A DNA stretch of 64,000 bases from Tubiluchus corallicola (taxonomy: Eukaryota; Animalia; Priapulida): positions 124,001 through 188,000 of the forward strand of contig JAQGDQ010000326.1 of assembly GCA_030141605.1 (NCBI GenBank). The letters are read 5' to 3'. Positions within the stretch are counted from its first letter, which is position 1; each line of letters starts with the position of its first letter. The position numbers and the translations under genes were made by a program. The notes below the pieces were generated by a model. That model saw only the letters and a list, made by a program, of their open reading frames with translations. It searched no databases and was not told the DNA's origin. Below, in pieces: positions 9,851 to 23,449 of this stretch.

Positions 9851-11279
9851 CTTCTGCCTTAACGTCCTAGAGCGTGAGGAAAAAGCTGAGAGTGAGTAGT
9901 GCCAATTTATAATATAAACTTAGAGAATGGCAATTGCTCATTGAAAATGAACTAGTGTCCGGTCTCACCACATTCGCTCAAAAACCCGGCGAGTGACCGC
10001 TAAATCGTGTCCAAAAAGAACAGCTAAATGAACTTTTATCGTAAATTTTAGCGTTTTGAAAAGTCCGACGTTCTTATTACGCCATATGGTACCTGGTCAA
10101 CTATACCTTAAGTGTGACTGTAAGTCTCTTAGTTACAGCCAGAAGTAGCCCAAATAATTTAATTAAAAATATGTACGTGTTGTGGAGATGTTCGATAAAA
10201 CGCCAATGATATTCAGTTCATCTCAAATAATAATTTCCTCCAGGAATTTGCAGAATTAATTCCTTCAATAAAATTATCTTTGCATTTTGGTCCCAGGCAT
10301 CTGAATGAATTATTTCTTGCATAAACATGCAAAATTACGTAAGTATAATTAGTTACTGGTCCGCAGAATGCAATTAGAATGCAAATAAACGAAAGCTAAA
10401 TATTATTTTTGTCTAATTAAGTTTTGTGCGCATTTTGTGAATTTTTAATTAGTCCGATGAGTCATCAGCAGCCTTCTCTAAGCATAAAATTTTAAGTATT
10501 TATTAAAATTTGACAAGTTTATTTAAGTGGAAGATTGAAATTAGCTTGTAAATCAATTGCTTAGGGCTATGATTATGTTGCTCCCGCGAGAAAACGCACT
10601 GCGCGATGAGCAAGAGAAAATTTTTACATTCATTCTCAAACACTTTGTGTCTTTACAAACAGTCCAACATAAACGATTGTTAAACTTCTGCAACGTGTCT
10701 GTTAATAGCCTATTTGACGCTACTGTTCAAAAATACTAATGTCTGAGGCGGGCTCTTTGGTGAAAAGGAATCCGCAAGGTGGATGAAAGCTAAGAAATAA
10801 AGGAAAGATATGATAAGAGAAAAAACGTGTTTGATAAGAAGTTTGATAGTCTCTTGTAAATCTGCTGTCAAACAACAGTGGAAAAGATGTAAAACGAAAG
10901 AGTAATTTCAATATTCTGACATCATTAAACTAGGTATTTATCAACATAAGTACTCTGAACATTTTAATACCACTTACTGGGACACCCAGCATAATCTGAA
11001 CTGTCGGACCAGTTAAAGAGAGCTTTCTTCATTGTATTTTTATATTCTAAATTTCTTAGAGACTTGATATAGCCTCCGATACACAAAGTGGCATTAATTA
11101 GTGACACTAATTTTTACTAACCTATGTTTTCCCCGCTGTACCTTTACTGTAAAAAAACAGATGGACATGTAGAACAAAAAATAGTACAAGTTGTATAAAT
11201 GGGCGTCTAAATAGTCATAGACATGGTAGAAGTAGAATCAGAAGTAAAAGTCAAAAACATTACTTCTTTACGTAAGCTG

Positions 11280-11610
11280 TACTTCTCTTCACTTCTCATC
11301 TCTCTTTTACCTTTACCTTTCTTCTTCTTCTTCTACTTTTTCCTTTCTTCTTTCCTTCTCTCCTTTTCTTCTCTCTGGAGCCCCTGTTTCCCATCCAATC
11401 CGTCTTTATTCTTTCTTGCTTTCCGTTTTATTTTATTCCATTCCTATAGCCTTTTTGTTTATTTAGTTCTGTTCCATTCCATTCCTTTCTATATATTCTG
11501 TTCTGTTCTGTATTTTTTCTATTCTATTCTATTCTATTCTATTCTATTCTATTCTATTCTATTCTATTCTATTCTATTCTATTCTATTCTATTCCGTTCC
11601 GTTCCGTTGT
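11280..11610. repeat. pyrimidine-rich low complexity grading into (TTCTA)n
   Basis: Directly visible; pure pentamer at about 11517-11592. Confidence 0.93.
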
Positions 11611-11715
11611 ATTAAAAAGGAAATTAGTGGTATATCTTTTCGCCGAGGAGTTCAAAATTTCAGCTTGGTGTAAACAAAGTTCACAGTCATTATGAAGTGT
11701 TAATGAGAAGATTAC

Positions 11716-11834
11716 CAACGGTTCCATTCACGCCTTGTGCCTTCTCTAAACCGGGATGACGTAGATCTTTTGCCACCTCCTCGTGTCGCTCGCTGCTTCT
11801 CTCTTCTAGTCGCTCGTCTTTCATCTGTGCCGCC
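11716..11834 (-). CDS. dac: dachshund coding exon C (not in ORF track)
   Basis: Acceptor atttgtattttgacag|G, donor GTTG|gtaatc; 119 nt, phase 2 in, phase 1 out, bridging its neighbours exactly. Open frame RAAQMKDERLEERSSERHEEVAKDLRHPGLEKAQGVNGTV; locally higher GC. Confidence 0.8.
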
Positions 11835-13125
11835 CTGTCAAAATACAAATTATCCACTGATTAATGTTCATAAGCCCTATTGATTTTAACTGTCAGCACA
11901 CGACAAAGTTAAATATTGGTGCTAAAACACTGACGGTTTACTGAGTTTTTTTTACAAATGGTTTCTAAACAATACAACAGATGAATTCACTGACTCTAAT
12001 GAGCGTGTCAGGTACATATTCGATTAAATAGGTTTTTCCAAAAGAAATGTTGAACCACAGGATTCTAAAAATACGTAGACTGATTAAAAATATGAACATC
12101 AACGACGTAAAAAGCATGAAGCAGAACGTTATTAAGTATTTTTCGACTCTGCCAACAGCGGTCATAGGCCAATTAGGTCCACAACAACAAAACAGAATCG
12201 ATCTACATTGTTGTAGGTCGAGTTAGCTGATGATGGCTGCTTGCACACCGGATCGTACCAAATAAAGTTCTGCATCGTGTTTTTTGGTGTTCATATTTTT
12301 AATCAGACGTTGTTTTCTACCCAACAAGAGCTCATTATACACAGGCTGCCCGCGAAGGACATTTGTAACTTATATGCAAAAGAACATTATTTTGCAAAAG
12401 CCTCGCGGTACTTGACTCGAGTTTTTGTTCTCCGAATCTTTCATCAGCAAGTTACCGCTTTTCTCTGTTAAATTTCTCTTAACGCAATTAATAAACAGAC
12501 AAGTTTCAGCGCATTTGTTTAAATTGCCTCCAAGCAATCGTCACGCTGAATTCCATGCACACTTGAGAAAGGTCGCCTGCTAATTTATTATTACTAATTT
12601 ATTATGCACTGGCAAAATATCTTTGAGGCAGCAGCGCCAGGCGTTTGCGCAACGGTTCTGTCAAGTTGCAACCAACGTTTATATTAATGGTATTTGTTGT
12701 GGCATAATGTAGGATAAACGAAAATATTAAAACGACAGGCAAAAGAAAAACTCGTTCATGAAACATTGACAATTGATTAGAGAATTCATACCGCCGTCCA
12801 AGGGTTTCACGTATCCAGACGGATGTATCATTTGAAGTAAAATGACGGCTTTAAATTATTAAACTGATTCGGCACTACTGTATTTGTAATGAGTAACCGT
12901 GCAGGTTGGTTCGGATTCATTCAAATCTTTATATTTATGCAACAAATCTATAATGTCAAATTTAAACAAGAAATCTAATGTGTAAAGGATTAAATACCAT
13001 ATATTGAATCAGTGAAGCTCTAATTTCTGTGTGTGTGAATCAGTTAGCTTATGTCTTTGTTCGTCTGGAGGTGTATTTGAATTGGTGAGCTTGTGAATCT
13101 ATTAGCTTTCAATCATGAATGTCAA

Positions 13126-13430
13126 ATAGATAGATAGATAGATAGATAGACACCTTTATTTCAGACTTCTCGTCCATATAGCATAAAATACAAGTATAGA
13201 AAATAAAACTACAAACTACACATCATTATTTACAAAGACTAATTACAAAGTTGAATAAAATTACTGTGCAAATAGCTTGTCTCTCCACTTGATCTACATT
13301 AAAGAATTAAATGTCACTATTTAAAATATCGGTTACAACAGAATTGTTTGTTTACTTTCATTGTACGGCTCATGGTAGTATAAAAACACTCTCTTTCCAG
13401 CACTTTAAAATGCGGTAAACTTAATTCAGC
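13126..13430 (-). mobile_element. LINE (CR1/L2-like) 3' end with (TATC)n tail
   Basis: Minus strand ends ...tatggacgagaagtctgAATAAAggtgtc(TATC)6. It interrupts a degenerate GTGAATC-type repeat present on both sides. Confidence 0.5.
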
Positions 13431-13665
13431 TGTAATTCTGCTTGCAGTGTGAGACTGAAAAATGTGTGAGTCTTCGAATTGTTGAATCTGTAAATTGGTG
13501 AGTCAGCGAGTCTGCACATTTATGGATTTCTATTCTGTGCCAGTAAGGTTATGAATTTAATGAATCCTTAAATGGAATCCCGTAAGTTGTTAGTTATTTT
13601 CGTTTTGAAGTCCTGCTAACTTAATATACCGATGAGTTTTCTGGACGAATAACAATAAGAACATT

Positions 13666-14190
13666 ATGCATGCCAATACAAACACCTTGTATGCCAATAC
13701 CAACATCTTGTATGCCAATCGAAACATTTTGTATGCCAATATAAACACCTTGTATGCCAATATAAACACCTTGTATGCCAATATAAACACCTTGTATGTC
13801 AATATAAACACCTTGTATGCCAATATAAACACCTTGTATGCCAATATAAACACCTTGTATGCCAATATAAACACCTTGTATGCCAACATAAACACCTTGT
13901 ATGCTAATATAAATACCTTGTGTGCCAATATAAACACCTTGTATGTCAACATAAACACCTTGTATGCCAATATAAATACCTTGTATGCCAATAGAAACAT
14001 TTTGTATGCCAATATAAACATTTTGTATGCCAATAGAAACATTTTGTGTACCAATAGAAACATTTTGTATGCCCACAGAAACATTTTGTATGGCAATAAG
14101 AACATTTTGTATGGCAATTTGAACACTTTGCATTCACACAAGAACATCTTGTGTGCCAATAAGAACGTTCTGCATGCCAACTGGAACATT
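13666..14190. repeat. 21-bp minisatellite, about 25 units (TATGCCAATATAAACACCTTG)
   Basis: Directly visible; near-identical central units and decayed ends. It explains four overlapping heptad ORFs (YANINTL, AYKVFIL, GIQGVYI, WHTKC). Confidence 0.97.
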
Positions 14191-14477
14191 TTTGTCCTAA
14201 TATATGGGAGCATTTTTTGTTATAATTAAAAGTTGCAGAATGTTCTATTAAAGTTTCACAAGTATCAGTCACCCCGCCAGTCCTTGTTGTACTACTACAA
14301 TTTCACTAAACTGAAGATGAATTGGTTGTGGTGCTTGAAAAATGCTGATAATTCACCGTTTTCTGACAGCATACTTTGTCTACTAAAAGCTAAACTTGCG
14401 TAGACTGACAGATTTCTACAGATCACTGAATCAGAAATTCACAAATTCAAGTAGTGCGGCATGTGCATGGTTACAAT

Positions 14478-14528
14478 AGTTAAGCATCGTCCAACCTGGC
14501 TAATGACTGTACTGGTAACTAGGGGGAT
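14478..14528 (+). mobile_element. 5S rRNA-like SINE fragment (degenerate)
   Basis: AGTTAAGCATCGTCCAACCTGGCTAATGAC...GGTAACTAGGGGGA resembles the 5S internal control region AGTTAAGCAACGTCGGGCCTGGTTAGTAC...GGTGACCGCCTGGGAA. Confidence 0.4.
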
Positions 14529-14819
14529 TCTTCCACACTAGAAACGGCTATTTCTTCATTGAAACAGAAAATTTGCGCATCAAGTACCTCTGGCGGTTCA
14601 TTGCCGTATCTTAGACTATTATCTTTGATAACAAACGCTCCCGGTATTGCCACATCCGTTCACGAACCACATTTAGAATACATCAAACGGTTAGAGAGGA
14701 TACTATAAAAATCCTCATTAAGAAGTCTATCTGAAAATGACCCTTAAATTTATATAATCGATTTCAATTTGTATAACGCTGATTGTTAAATAATTAATAA
14801 TGAATTTTAGAAATCATAC

Positions 14820-15036
14820 CTTGCCACCCATCTGGCGGAGAACAAGTCCATCACCCCATTGCCGTCTGAGCGGTGTGAAAAGGTTCGGCCTAAGCTATTT
14901 GCTATGGAAACGGCTGTCGTCACCGGGAGAAGGGGTGGTTGGTGCCCCAGGGGTATGTAAGGAAGTGGGCTAATGTGGGGTGGCTGGTGATTGTATCCAT
15001 TTGACAGCAGAGGTGACTTTTCCAAATGACGCTCGG
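14820..15036 (-). CDS. dac: dachshund coding exon B
   Basis: Acceptor ttttttttatttcag|CC, donor GCAAG|gtatga; 217 nt, phase 1 in, phase 2 out. Encodes AERHLEKSPLLSNGYNHQPPHISPLPYIPLGHQPPLLPV...RWVA. EKSPLLxNGYNH resembles a motif I recall from arthropod Dac. Confidence 0.9.
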
Positions 15037-17029
15037 CTGAAATAAAAAAAAAGAAATTAACTGTAAGGTCACAGTGTGTGCTTATTGGCCAAAGTGAGTA
15101 CATTTTGGTATAGCTAGTAAATGGTTTGGTGACTGGAAAGAAACACAAATTGGGAAAGAGTAATAGAGTGAAAACGAATTTGTGAAAAATTTATAAAATA
15201 AATTAAAATTAATTAATTAAATTAAATTATCATTAATTACAATCAAGCGTATAATGTAAGCACTAGCGCATTCACTCTCTTTAAACAAGTTTGCAGTTTC
15301 GCTATGCACGCAGTTCATATTATATGTAAGACTCTAGTCGGCTGTCAAGTTATGCATCCTGCGATAGCTTACAGGCAAATGACAGCCATCTAATGTTTAA
15401 GGACTAGCGGTCATCGAGCCCAGAATCGGCTCCGCCCTCTGACCAGTCAGTGGACAAATACATTTAGGAACTCTTATGTAAGAGTTATTTTTATTTATGA
15501 GCTTATGGGTAAAATTAGTCTACTAATTTTGGTAACGGCTGCTGGAGTAACGGTTAACGGTTAGTTTTCTGGACAAGACGCTTGTCTTGTCCAGAAATAT
15601 CTATGTAGTGCTCCTTGAGAACTTTGTACTGAAAATATACTATAATACACACTTATGTTACATTGGATTTATGGACTTATTACAACACGTGAGCTTAATT
15701 ATTCTATGGATTCGTTTCATCATCAAGTCAACAAATAAATTCACCTCTTCGTTGGTAAATTTTGCTTCATTGAATATTGACACATTGCCGCCGATTTTTT
15801 CTTTTGTTGAGGGAAAGTCTACAAACATTTCCCGGTCCAGGATTACACTTGATGATAAGATAGGTTGCGGGTCTGCCTTGATTGTGAGCATAATAATAAG
15901 GGTTACTCTTGATATACTCCTGCTCCAGCCACGCCACTAACATCTCAATGAGTGTGAATGAATTTTGGTGTACATTGTGCCGAAGTGTATAAGAAACACC
16001 CGAGGTTGCGGTAAGACACGCGTTTGACTGAACTGTGTTTTTTGCACTATTTTACTTGGATAAAATAGTTGAACTCGCATTTTTTACAGTTTTAGTCGTT
16101 TCTGGGCCTAGGGTTTTTAGAATCATTACTGACATTTTCACATTGGCAGTAATTTCATGTGGTCACCACTCGTGTGATGGATAGCCCCGCGCTCTTTGCG
16201 CATGCTCCAAAGATAGCACAAAGCGTTTATGTTAATTAATTTGAGAAAACTATGAAAATATTTCATTATTTTAAGATGGAATAATGATAATGACGTGTAT
16301 CTCGGCGCCGTACGGATTTGCCGTAGAAATAATTCAGCTTGATCGATACGTTTACCAGGCATTTGCTATAATCGTAAAAACGCAATGGGCACAGCAAGAA
16401 AATAAAATAAAACCCGCCTAAAATAAAGGAAATAAATAATAGATTCGTGCACATTTTGCATGCACGACTTCCTACCTCACTGACTGACGGGTAGTCGATA
16501 ACTCATAGGGCATAATAATGCGTCGAATAGGACTCAAACAAAATGCTTTTCGTGATACGATTTTCCAATTGCCTCTAACGTAGTGATTTGATTTGCATCA
16601 AAGAAATAGTTAATAACCCACCGAAATTGTTTTTTCTGTCTTTTATTAGCAATGCACTTGTCAGAATGTATTACTTTCCAGCTGCAGTCGGAAAGGCATA
16701 TTAGCGTTGCCAGAGTAGCTTATTTCGTTTTCACGTGAAAACAATGTGAATGGCAGATTAATTGAAAATCAAGGTTCACAGTTGTTACCTGTCTGATTAA
16801 AATCATGAAAGGGGCACTTATAGTTTGATATGTATGAGTGCCAGAGAGGCGTTAAATACTCTAGGTACCTAGTTTTCTAGATGCCAATTTCTGGCAATGG
16901 CATGACCCCGCTGTAGTACATGTCTACAAACAGCACACATAAAGTTATTATTGATAATTACTAATTATGTTTTTCCACGAGAAAGACTGAGAAAAAATGA
17001 TTATGTCATGTGGATTGTGCTAGGGTAGC

Positions 17030-17220
17030 TAACTAGCCTCGTGGTCACGGGTGTACTTTGTGACCGAAATTAAGCAATGTCAGGTCAGTGAATTGTTCGA
17101 GTGGCGAGCATCCGTAAGTTCAAAACTCGTTTGGGAACATTCGTTCGTAATACTGTCTCTGCCTGTTTACCTCTGATTGAAGAAAGCTAAGATCATAGTT
17201 AAGATAGCTTTACCGGTTCA
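17030..17220 (+). mobile_element. chimeric tRNA/5S-derived SINE remnant
   Basis: A-box-like TAGCCTCGTGGT (17034), then TGACCGAAATTAAGCAATGTCAGGTC (21/26 identical by eye to 5S TCACCGAAGTTAAGCAACGTCGGGCC), then GTTCAAAACTC. Confidence 0.5.
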
Positions 17221-17289
17221 GAAATTCATCTTAGAGGATTATCATTGCCAGCACAGAATAGTAAATTTTGGTTCCTGTAAATGTTGTTG

Positions 17290-17416
17290 ACGATGATGAT
17301 GATGATGAAGATGATGATGATGATAATGATGACGATGTTAATGATGATGACGATGATGGTAATGATGATGATGGCGACGACGACGACGACGACAACAACA
17401 ACAACAACAACAACGA
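17290..17416. repeat. compound (GAT)n(GAC)n(AAC)n microsatellite
   Basis: Directly visible. Confidence 0.95.
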
Positions 17417-19484
17417 TATTAAGTAGGCACTGCCGCTGAGAAGAAAATGAGTCCAAGATATAGAACCCGTCACCTTTTGCCTATGGATAAAATTATTAGC
17501 TGATAACATTTCATTAGTTTAAATAATTTATTTTGTGGCACCTGGTAATTCGGAAATAAGTGCAAACAACGGCCTTTTCATCTACCTTGTTACCATGCCG
17601 CCATTAAGAACGCGCCACCATCGTTCTGGACGAAATGTTTCAAACCAATGATGGTTTCAACCCTGATCTTCTCCTTCAAAATTCGATTTGATTGAGCCTT
17701 TGAAAGGATCAAAGAGGCCATTGGTGTCAATACTAATATTCAGAAACTAGTTTCTTTGTTCTAAGTAAACTGCTACACTAGGATTTGCCGACTAATGTCA
17801 AACAAACGATATAACGCATTTTGCGCAATGAGTTGATAAAAGTATGAATAAAATTACCATTTAGCGCGCACATTCTGAGTAAATGTGAATTTTGCGTCTG
17901 CGTGGATAATAGTATTTGCTGACAAATGATAGAGAACACACATAAAACACAGAAGTATTCTCATTTCGCAAGTTTTTTGCGAATACACACAATTATTGGG
18001 CTTCGTCATAAACGCATATTTAATTCGCGCGCGTAAATTGCATATAATAAATCAGGGCAGGCGTAATTAATGTAACTGCAAACACACAGACGCCGTATAC
18101 AGAATACAGCGGAGGTAATTATTCCGAGTGTCTTGGCAACAGATAATAAATTTCAGATGAGATTACAACCATAGCGGCTTTCTCAGATGAATTTTAATTT
18201 TGGCAATATAACAACAGGGAATTTGTAAGCTTTATTAAACCCTTACAGGACGTAGTTCATGGTTCATACAGGTAAGCCTTATAAATCATCAATAAAATTT
18301 ACTGAGTAGTAATTAGAGTTGCATAATAAGGCGCAAAGCCACCACTATTGATCAAGCTTCCGTTTGAGTTAGTCCCGAGTTTTGACAACGGACTCTGGCG
18401 GTAGTAAATTAACAGTAAGCTATCTCGTATCACTCTGACGTCCATATGACTTTCACATAAGCAAATCATATGTTACAGTGCAGTCATCAAACTTTAATTA
18501 CAGGCGGGATGACTAGCCTACTCCTTTTCTGGATAAGACCCTTTTTCGAGTGTCACGACCAGCGTCGTAACAAACAAGGTATAGACCTAAAAAGTTTAGT
18601 GACAAGTTTGCCAATTTACGTTACAGTACGAAAACAATGAGCAATATTACAGAACAACTTATTACATGAAAGAACTGCTGAATAAATAAAGAACGTATCA
18701 TGGCCTTAATATTTGGTGGAGAGATCTCGTGTGTTTCGCCTAGCGCGCAGTCTTAAAGGGTATGATTGGGTGGCTCTTGGAATGAAACATCAGTGTCGCT
18801 CATGAATTACACCTGCGTCGAACTCCTGTAAAACATACTGCAGGATCCTTTTGAATATTGGTGCTTTGAAAACAACCAATGGTCATTCCTGGATCATCTT
18901 GTTTTCTACACTACCTCCTATGTGTTTGGCAGGTGAAGTTCCAGGCCAATTAGTTCGATCGAGAAAGTGAATCACAAATTCGAATTGTGATTTTTGAATC
19001 GTTTTTCGAATTGTTGTTCATACTCTTCAAGATTGTAAGCTGTGCGACGTAAGAGACTTCCAAACTAAATACTCAGGGCATGATTGGTTGTACTTTAATA
19101 TAATAAATTGTTCCGTACTGTTTCTATCTGTTCTGTACATAGGAAAAGACTATGTACCACCGGGAGAATTTGTACTGCCTACAACAATACTGGCAATAAT
19201 GACCCCCCTCCCCATGGAACTTATGTGCTTGGAAACAAACATCGCACAACCTGCGGTGATAAATTTCAATCAAAGAAACAAAATATAGTTTCTACGTATG
19301 AATAATATAGTAGGTCCATATTTTATTTGTTTCTAGTCGAGTTTATTGTGATAAGAGTACAATGTCACTTTCGTACAATAAAGGCAAACTAAAAAGACGA
19401 AAAAAGAAGGCACAACTGAACTGTGAATGTAGATTATAATGAAATAGTGATACAGACATACTGATATAACGACCAAGTCGAAAA

Positions 19485-19842
19485 ACAAACGAACGAATGA
19501 ATGAATAAACTGATTGACTGACTGACTGACTGACAAACTGACTGATTGACTGATAGAAAGAAAAAACAATGAAAGAAAGCAAGCAAGCAAGAAAGAATGA
19601 ATAAATGAAATGAATGAATGAATGAACGAACGAACGTACGAACGAATGAATGAATGAATGAATGAATGAATGAATGAATGAATGAATGAATGAATGAATG
19701 AATGAATGAAAGAATGAGTGAGTGAGTGAGTGAATGAATGAATGAATGAATGAACGAACGAACGAACGAACGAACGAACAAGTGAATGAGCGAGTGAGGG
19801 AATGAATGAATGAATTAATGAGTGAGTGATTTAATGAATGAA
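19485..19842. repeat. compound tetranucleotide microsatellite, mainly (GAAT)n with GACT/GAAC/GAGT
   Basis: Directly visible. Confidence 0.95.
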
Positions 19843-20509
19843 CGTAATGCTTGCGTGTTACAAAGCACATGTTTAAGAAAACACAATTTGCTACAGCTGC
19901 AGACATGATAATTTAAGATACTTATATCACCGCAAAATGATTAACTGTTACTAAGCCTGACAAACAACACCCGCCACAGCGCATGCGCATTACAAATTAC
20001 TATCATAAAACAACGCGTCTCTAATTAATATTCCGTAAGCGTTGCCGAGTTATAAACTAATATCAGAAATAATTATAAGAATTAATCAGATTTATGGCCG
20101 CGAAACATTGTATCAAATATAAATTAGGAAATGCTAATTAGAAGAGAATGAATGAGGAGTGATGCGGAAATTTATTTGGCATTTGTTGAGTACAGATGCG
20201 ACTAGGTGATATGATTATCATAGTGCCTCCAGCTTGTTGTTACGTAATTATTAATGAAAGGCAATGATCCAAATTTATCTACTTTCTTATTAATTATATA
20301 TCTAACACATTGTTTGTAAGTAAAGCAGCATTACAAATGAAGATGACAACAATTCAGCAAAATGGAGGAGCAATTTGTTTTTGCCTGATTTTCGGGGGTC
20401 TACAGTAGCAGAAAATGGTTGGATGGCTACAAGGATATGGCAGGATAGCCGACGAATGGACGACGAATGGACAATAGATCGGTTGATAGGTTGAGTGGTA
20501 GATGTAGTG

Positions 20510-21090
<581 letters not shown>

Positions 21091-23449
21091 AGAGCAACAG
21101 AGTTTAACGCTTCAATTACGGTGTTGATGGAGAATTCTACCCTGAAACAGTCCTGCACGAAAGCGTTAAAAACTAGAATGTAATAACCATGACTGTAACT
21201 AGACTGTTATAACTAAGAATAACTGGATATTCATCTGGAATATAATTGGGCAAAAATTGTAAGAAAAATGAAATAAACAATTAGGAAAAAATTGTTCAGC
21301 ATACAGATTCCATTGATTTAAATTGAAACCTCCCAAAAGTAGGTAACGCTGTAACATCGTGCATATATAACGTCAGGGTCATTCCGTATTTCATGAATAC
21401 TTCTGTTTCAAGTAAAACTATCCCTCACATAAATAGCAAGAGCGTGAAACCTTTCAGGCATTTTAGCTCATGTCAGTCGTTTGTGCATTCTACGGTTGCA
21501 ATTCATTAATTTATCTCACTTGCAAGTATGCAAACTACTTGCTCGCATGCTAATGATTCGAATGAAATGCGTTTGATAGCAGAAGCAATTTTTCAAATCT
21601 CGGCTATAGATGTCACATTATGAGTCACACAATTAGGAAATAATAATTTCCAACGGGAAAAACTTGGCTTAAATGATGGATGGAGCCGTGGACTCAATGA
21701 GTATTTATTTCTCTATTTATTCATTACATTTATTTCGTTTCAGTGCAATCATATAGAACAAAGACGAAGAAAAATTGAGGTGGAAATGCGCCCTGTTCAT
21801 TTGCTTTCAAATTAATGACAAGCAGAACAATAAGCTACTCGATGAAAGAATCACAATTTAACGTAATTTAAAACCTCGATGTGAGCAGAATAACAAATTA
21901 GGAGCCCTGCAAAAGCGCCGGATGGGGCATTCGGAAATAGGAACAACTATTCGAACACCTACTGACAGAAGGAAATTGCTCGATTTATCGTTTTTTTCTG
22001 ATCGCTTTTGCAAATAATCGTTTGCATTAGTCACTTCCCGCAAATGTGATGAGACAACAGATAGCCACTGGAAATTATTTCAACTACAAATGAACTGGCA
22101 AGATCGAGCAAAAGCTCTTCGTCAGAGATTACCTCCTGGAAAATGACTGATGAAATAGGTTTTAGAATAAACAAGGATTTACCTAATTGCTACACTCGTC
22201 TGTTGCTTATTTGTACTGGAGTTAAACTCGATTTACAGTGAGTGCCCTTGACGAGTCGGACTGAATGCATGCTAAAGATTGCCTCTTTCTAATAGACTGT
22301 TGAAACAATTGCTTAGCAATAGTTTACTGCTAACTAAAATGTTAAAAACTTTACTTATACATTTTTGTTTTATCACACGAAATCAAGTTTAACCACACAA
22401 AATAAGGAAAACCCGGAAAACTCACGTATCGCGCAAATAAACTGGCAATATAGAACAGTTAATATAGGGGAGGCATTTGTATGTGGTGGAGGTACTCTTA
22501 AAAAGTGAGTTTTTACGGATGATTAGATTGAATTTATCACTATTCGGCGTAATAATCGCCAAATTCATTCATCATCACATATCGGCAAATTTAGGGCAAA
22601 ACCGCAAGCGAGCGGCTGTTTGAAGGAAAGGGCACGATTTTCGCGAAAAATGTTAGAAAAAATGTCTTGAGTTATTATAAAAGCACTTTAAAATTGCGAA
22701 GTTTTCACGTATGGCCACTCTCATTTTGAACGTTCATCTTTCCACCAATGACGTCATTAGCTAAGTGAAGAAAAGCAGATTTAAGCAGCGCAGTGTGAAA
22801 GGTAGAACAAGTTACTACACAAAATTATATAGCTACATTTGTGATACATCTGAATAAACATTAGGCAAACACCAGAAATTTGTATTTTTTTTAAAGAGCG
22901 ACGCCCTTGTGAAAAACCACGATGCGCTTGTGAAAAGTCACGAAGTATCTAGTTATGCATGTATTACAATTTTCAAGTAATTGGCAGCACCACCGTGCCT
23001 GGTAATCTTCACAGAGCGATAATATAAGTTAACTCTACGCTTTACAAAAAGAAATTCTTTCTTATATTTTTCTAGGTTGTAGTAACAGTAGTAACATAAA
23101 TTCAGCATCCTAATTGACGTGTCTTTTCGTTTAACTTGATTTCTACCTACAGCTATTAGACCTCACCTATTCTGCGAAACCCAGATCGAAGGCTGCATTT
23201 TATTTAGAAAGTAAGATCTCATTAACCCAGATGTTTGCTTTGCTGTCCATTATGTTATTACCACATAGATTATTTACACACTCTCTGTGGTTTCAGTAAC
23301 AGATAAAGGTATAAAGATCACTATAACATAGTTAGCTTAGGTTGCTCACGAATTTTTAGCTGTTGCCTGCCGTTTGGAGTGACACTCTAACACGCTAGTA
23401 ATGCTACTTTGGCCAATTTTTTGGTCATCAAACATATGGCCTCGACGAT

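Noticed and set aside
13590-14272. Heptad-repeat ORFs resembling beta-helix, antifreeze or coiled-coil proteins
   Set aside because: Several frames on both strands are open because the 21-bp unit lacks stops, and unit variation shows no third-position bias that I could see.
17586-17625. Possible extra dac exon (catttcgtccag|...ACAAG|gtagat)
   Set aside because: It is 40 nt and would shift the frame between phase-1 flanks; no dac similarity.
18700-19305. Higher-complexity stretch with short ORFs (e.g. ...NNDPPPHGTYVLG...)
   Set aside because: Stops in all frames, no recognisable domain and no consistent splice structure. It may be a decayed TE, but I cannot support that.
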